Position numbers and translations under genes: made by a program
Notes under the pieces: model-generated
What the model was told of the DNA's origin: nothing
The model's database searches: none
Seen by the model: only the letters and a program-made list of their open reading frames with translations
Source of the DNA: Candidatus Deferrimicrobiaceae bacterium
GTDB taxonomy: Bacteria; Desulfobacterota; Deferrimicrobia; Deferrimicrobiales; Deferrimicrobiaceae
Reading direction: 5' to 3'
Assembly: GCA_963792415.1 (NCBI GenBank)
Contig: CAWBVY010000004.1
Location: 512,001-576,000, forward strand
Length of the DNA: 64,000 nucleotides
Shown here: positions 61,363 through 64,000 of the stretch, one piece after another
How positions within the stretch are numbered: the stretch's first letter is position 1
Layout of the letters: each line of letters opens with the position of its first letter

Positions 61363-62985
61363 TCACTTCTTCCACGGGGAGGAGAGCCCGTGCTTCTTCA
61401 TCTTGTACGCCACCTGCCGGGGCGTCCACCCGAGGATCTTGGCGGCCCGCGCGATCACCCAGCCGGCGGACGCCAGCGCCGTCTGCAGCTCCTCGCGCTC
61501 CATCGCCTTGAGGAACTCGACCCGGGGCCGCCCTTCGCGCGGCGCCGCCGGGTGGACCGGTTCCGCCGCGGAGGCGCCGCCGGACGCCTGCGGCGGCGGG
61601 GTTTGCCCATACGACCCGGTAGCGGGGAGGGACGCGGCGACCCGGATCGCCCGGGGGAGGTCCTGCGCCCGCACGACCGGCGCCTTGGCCATCACCACCG
61701 CGCGCTCGACGAGGTTCTCGAGCTCCCGCACGTTTCCGGTCCACCGGTACTCGAGGAGCAGGTCGAGGGCGTCCTTCGCGAAGGCGATGCTTTTCCCGTG
61801 CTCCCGGTTGAACCGCTCGAGGAAATGCTCCGTCAGCGGGAGGATGTCCTCCCTCCGGTCCCGCAAGGGGGGGAGGAAGACGGGGATCACGTTGAGCCGG
61901 TAGTAGAGGTCCTCCCGGAACGTGCCCCCCGCCACCATCTTTTCGAGGTCGGCGTTCGTCGCGGCGATGATCCGGACGTCCACGGGAACGGGCCGGTTCT
62001 CGCCGAGGCGCTCGAACGTGCGCTCCTGCAGGACGCGCAGCAGCTTCACCTGCGTGGGGAGCGGGATGTCGCCCACCTCGTCGAGGAAGATCGTGCCGCC
62101 GGACGCCTCCTCGAACCGGCCTTTCCGCTCCTCGACGGCGCCGGTGAAGGCGCCCCGCTTGTGGCCGAACAGCTCCGACTCGAGCAGCGTCTCGGGGAGG
62201 GCGGCGCAGTTGACGGCGACGAAGGGGCGGTCCGCGCGGCCTCCCCCCTGGTGGATCGCGCGGGCGATCATCTCCTTCCCCGTCCCGCTCTCGCCGCGCA
62301 GGAGCACCGTGGCGCGCGACGGCGCGACGCTGGTCACCGCGGCGAAGACCTCCTGCATCCGCTTGCTCTGCCCGACGATGTTCTCGATCCGGTACGTCTT
62401 CCGGATCGTCTTCTCGAATTCCTTCCGTTGCCGCTTGAACTCGTCCTGCAGCCGCTCGATCGCCTTGTGCAGCTTGAGCGCCTGCCCGATGAGGCATCCG
62501 ATCACGGTGAGGGTCCGCGCGTCCGCTTCGAGCGCCCGGGTTCCCTCGCGGCCGATCCGCTCCGCGCTCAGCACCCCCAGCGTCTCGGCGCCGATCTTGA
62601 TGGGGACGCAGATCCAGGAAAGGGGGCCTTCCCCGGACGACTTCCCGTGCGCGCGCGTCTTGTCCAGGAACGACGGCTCTTTCCGGACGTCGGGGAGGGC
62701 GATCGGGCTGCCCGTCTTCATCGTCTTCCCGACGATCCCCTCGCCCCAGACGTATCGCCCCCGCTCCCTCTGCTCGGCGGTGTAGCCGGCGCCGACCTCC
62801 ATCCGGATCTCGCGGGTCGTCTCGTCGGGGCGGAAGATCGCGGCGCGGTCGAATCCGAGGAAGCTCTGGAGCGTGCGAAGGGCGGTCCCCAGCGCGCGGT
62901 CGAGGTTCTGCGTCGAGGTGAGGATCTTGGCCACCTCGTGGATGGCCGCGATCTCGGCCTTCTCGGGGGATCGGGAGTCGGTCAC
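61363..62985 (-). CDS. NifA-like sigma54 activator (GAF-AAA+-HTH)
   Basis: GAF ([19 protein letters not shown]), [43 protein letters not shown]. Confidence 0.9.
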   Translation of the reverse strand: MTDSRSPEKAEIAAIHEVAKILTSTQNLDRALGTALRTLQSFLGFDRAAIFRPDETTREIRMEVGAGYTAEQRERGRYVWGEGIVGKTMKTGSPIALPDVRKEPSFLDKTRAHGKSSGEGPLSWICVPIKIGAETLGVLSAERIGREGTRALEADARTLTVIGCLIGQALKLHKAIERLQDEFKRQRKEFEKTIRKTYRIENIVGQSKRMQEVFAAVTSVAPSRATVLLRGESGTGKEMIARAIHQGGGRADRPFVAVNCAALPETLLESELFGHKRGAFTGAVEERKGRFEEASGGTIFLDEVGDIPLPTQVKLLRVLQERTFERLGENRPVPVDVRIIAATNADLEKMVAGGTFREDLYYRLNVIPVFLPPLRDRREDILPLTEHFLERFNREHGKSIAFAKDALDLLLEYRWTGNVRELENLVERAVVMAKAPVVRAQDLPRAIRVAASLPATGSYGQTPPPQASGGASAAEPVHPAAPREGRPRVEFLKAMEREELQTALASAGWVIARAAKILGWTPRQVAYKMKKHGLSSPWKK

Positions 62986-63051
62986 GCCCCGATTATAGCG
63001 CAGCGGAGGCGATTCCGACGAGTCGGCTCCGGAGGGCCCGGGTGGCCCGGT

Positions 63052-64000
63052 TCAGAGCCGTTTGTAGGTCAGCGCCGCCGTCCCGGGGACCTCGAGGAAC
63101 TCGAGGACCGTGTCCGTCGCGCGCTGGATCTTCCCGCCCTTGAGGCCGCCCCGGAACACGGTGTCGGAAAGAAGGCGGGAGAGGTTGATCCCGACCCCGT
63201 AATAGATGCGCCGGTGGGGGTCGTTCATCGTGCCGTCAATGTACTCGTAGCCGCGCGTGTTGTACCCGACCAGGATCTCCAGGTACCGTACCAGGGGAAC
63301 GTCCCTGAGCCCGGGCACGCCGTCCGCCTTGAACGCCAGCAGGTACGTCTGCCCCGAGTAATCGCCGACGACGTTGGACTTGTCGAGGGTCTTGGCGGCA
63401 TCGGATTGCCGGTACAGGAGCCGGAAGTCCACCAGAGCGTCGAACGATGGGTAGATCTCCTGCAGGAGGGCGAAGCCCACGCCGACGGCGTTGAACACCA
63501 CGTCCTCGTAGCTGAAGCGCCACTTGGACGAGAAGCTGTCCACCATCTCGACACCCGTGAGGATCCCGAAGGAGGTCCAGGCGGCGAGACGAAGGGAGTG
63601 CGCAGGGTTGTTCCCCAGGCCCTCGAACGCGCCCGCGAGAAGTCGGGTCCCCGAGTATGTTGTGAACGCGTGGCCTAGCTTGTCCGCTCCGCCCGCGTAC
63701 GTGTCCTGTCCGAACCATCCTTCGCTCTTGGCCTGGGCCGAAGAGGTCATCCCTTCGCTCCACCAGTTATTCATCCCGTACGCCCCGACGGCCAGCGTGA
63801 TCCCGCCGATGACCGCGGCGTTCTTCCAGCGCAGATTCCGGTCGCCGGGTTCCGGGAGGGCGGTATTGTCGGAAAGAGGCCCCGTTCCCGAAGGCGGAGC
63901 GGCCGGGGGGCCTCCTGAAACGGGTGGAGAGCCCGGTACGGGGGCTTCCGTCGGGAACGCTTGCGCATCGCCCGCGGCGCAAAGCGCGGGAGCGCACAAC
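63052..64000 (-). CDS. YfiM/DUF2279-like exported protein (start beyond window)
   Basis: GGADKLGHAF, E..D.FS, FSYED...N, DYSGQTY, YYGVGINL. Confidence 0.7.
   Translation of the reverse strand, partial: LCAPALCAAGDAQAFPTEAPVPGSPPVSGGPPAAPPSGTGPLSDNTALPEPGDRNLRWKNAAVIGGITLAVGAYGMNNWWSEGMTSSAQAKSEGWFGQDTYAGGADKLGHAFTTYSGTRLLAGAFEGLGNNPAHSLRLAAWTSFGILTGVEMVDSFSSKWRFSYEDVVFNAVGVGFALLQEIYPSFDALVDFRLLYRQSDAAKTLDKSNVVGDYSGQTYLLAFKADGVPGLRDVPLVRYLEILVGYNTRGYEYIDGTMNDPHRRIYYGVGINLSRLLSDTVFRGGLKGGKIQRATDTVLEFLEVPGTAALTYKRL

Noticed and set aside
61363-62985. Calling this gene nifA and inferring nitrogen fixation
   Set aside because: No nif structural genes in the window; only NifA-like architecture is supported

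Overview
High-GC bacterial window; gene content suggests a deltaproteobacterial-type anaerobe (inference only). 1-12 kb: a tandemly duplicated cluster of DabA/DUF2309 (beta-carbonic-anhydrase-like inorganic-carbon pump subunit) with complete NuoM-like and NuoL-like antiporter subunits and a His-rich PII-like gene. The second NuoL-like protein has its lateral helix lengthened by two 26-27 aa repeats, the increment known to accommodate one extra antiporter subunit each. This is the best candidate for an undescribed system. 12-18 kb: OFA-family MFS transporter, GyrI-like protein, selenocysteine-containing SelD (missed by the ORF track), MBL hydrolase, M20 peptidase. 18-51 kb: large surface-polysaccharide region (gmd, fcl, metacaspase, RfaH-like antiterminator with ops-like site, SLBB export protein, wzz, wzx, wzy, glycosyltransferases, asnB, pglCDEF-like, SLBB-YjbH fusion, ugd, rmlCDB, interrupted by etfBA, then tviBC-like). 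51-64 kb: ttuB-ttuA-trmI tRNA modification operon, cytochrome c, AEC transporter, lutABC, and a porin-like gene-amtB-glnK operon with a sigma54 promoter, a TGT-N10-ACA site and an adjacent NifA-like activator. Two related palindromic MITE-like elements are present. About 13 genes have single-base frameshifts, most likely sequencing or assembly errors. All calls come from reading motifs by eye; no database searches were run.
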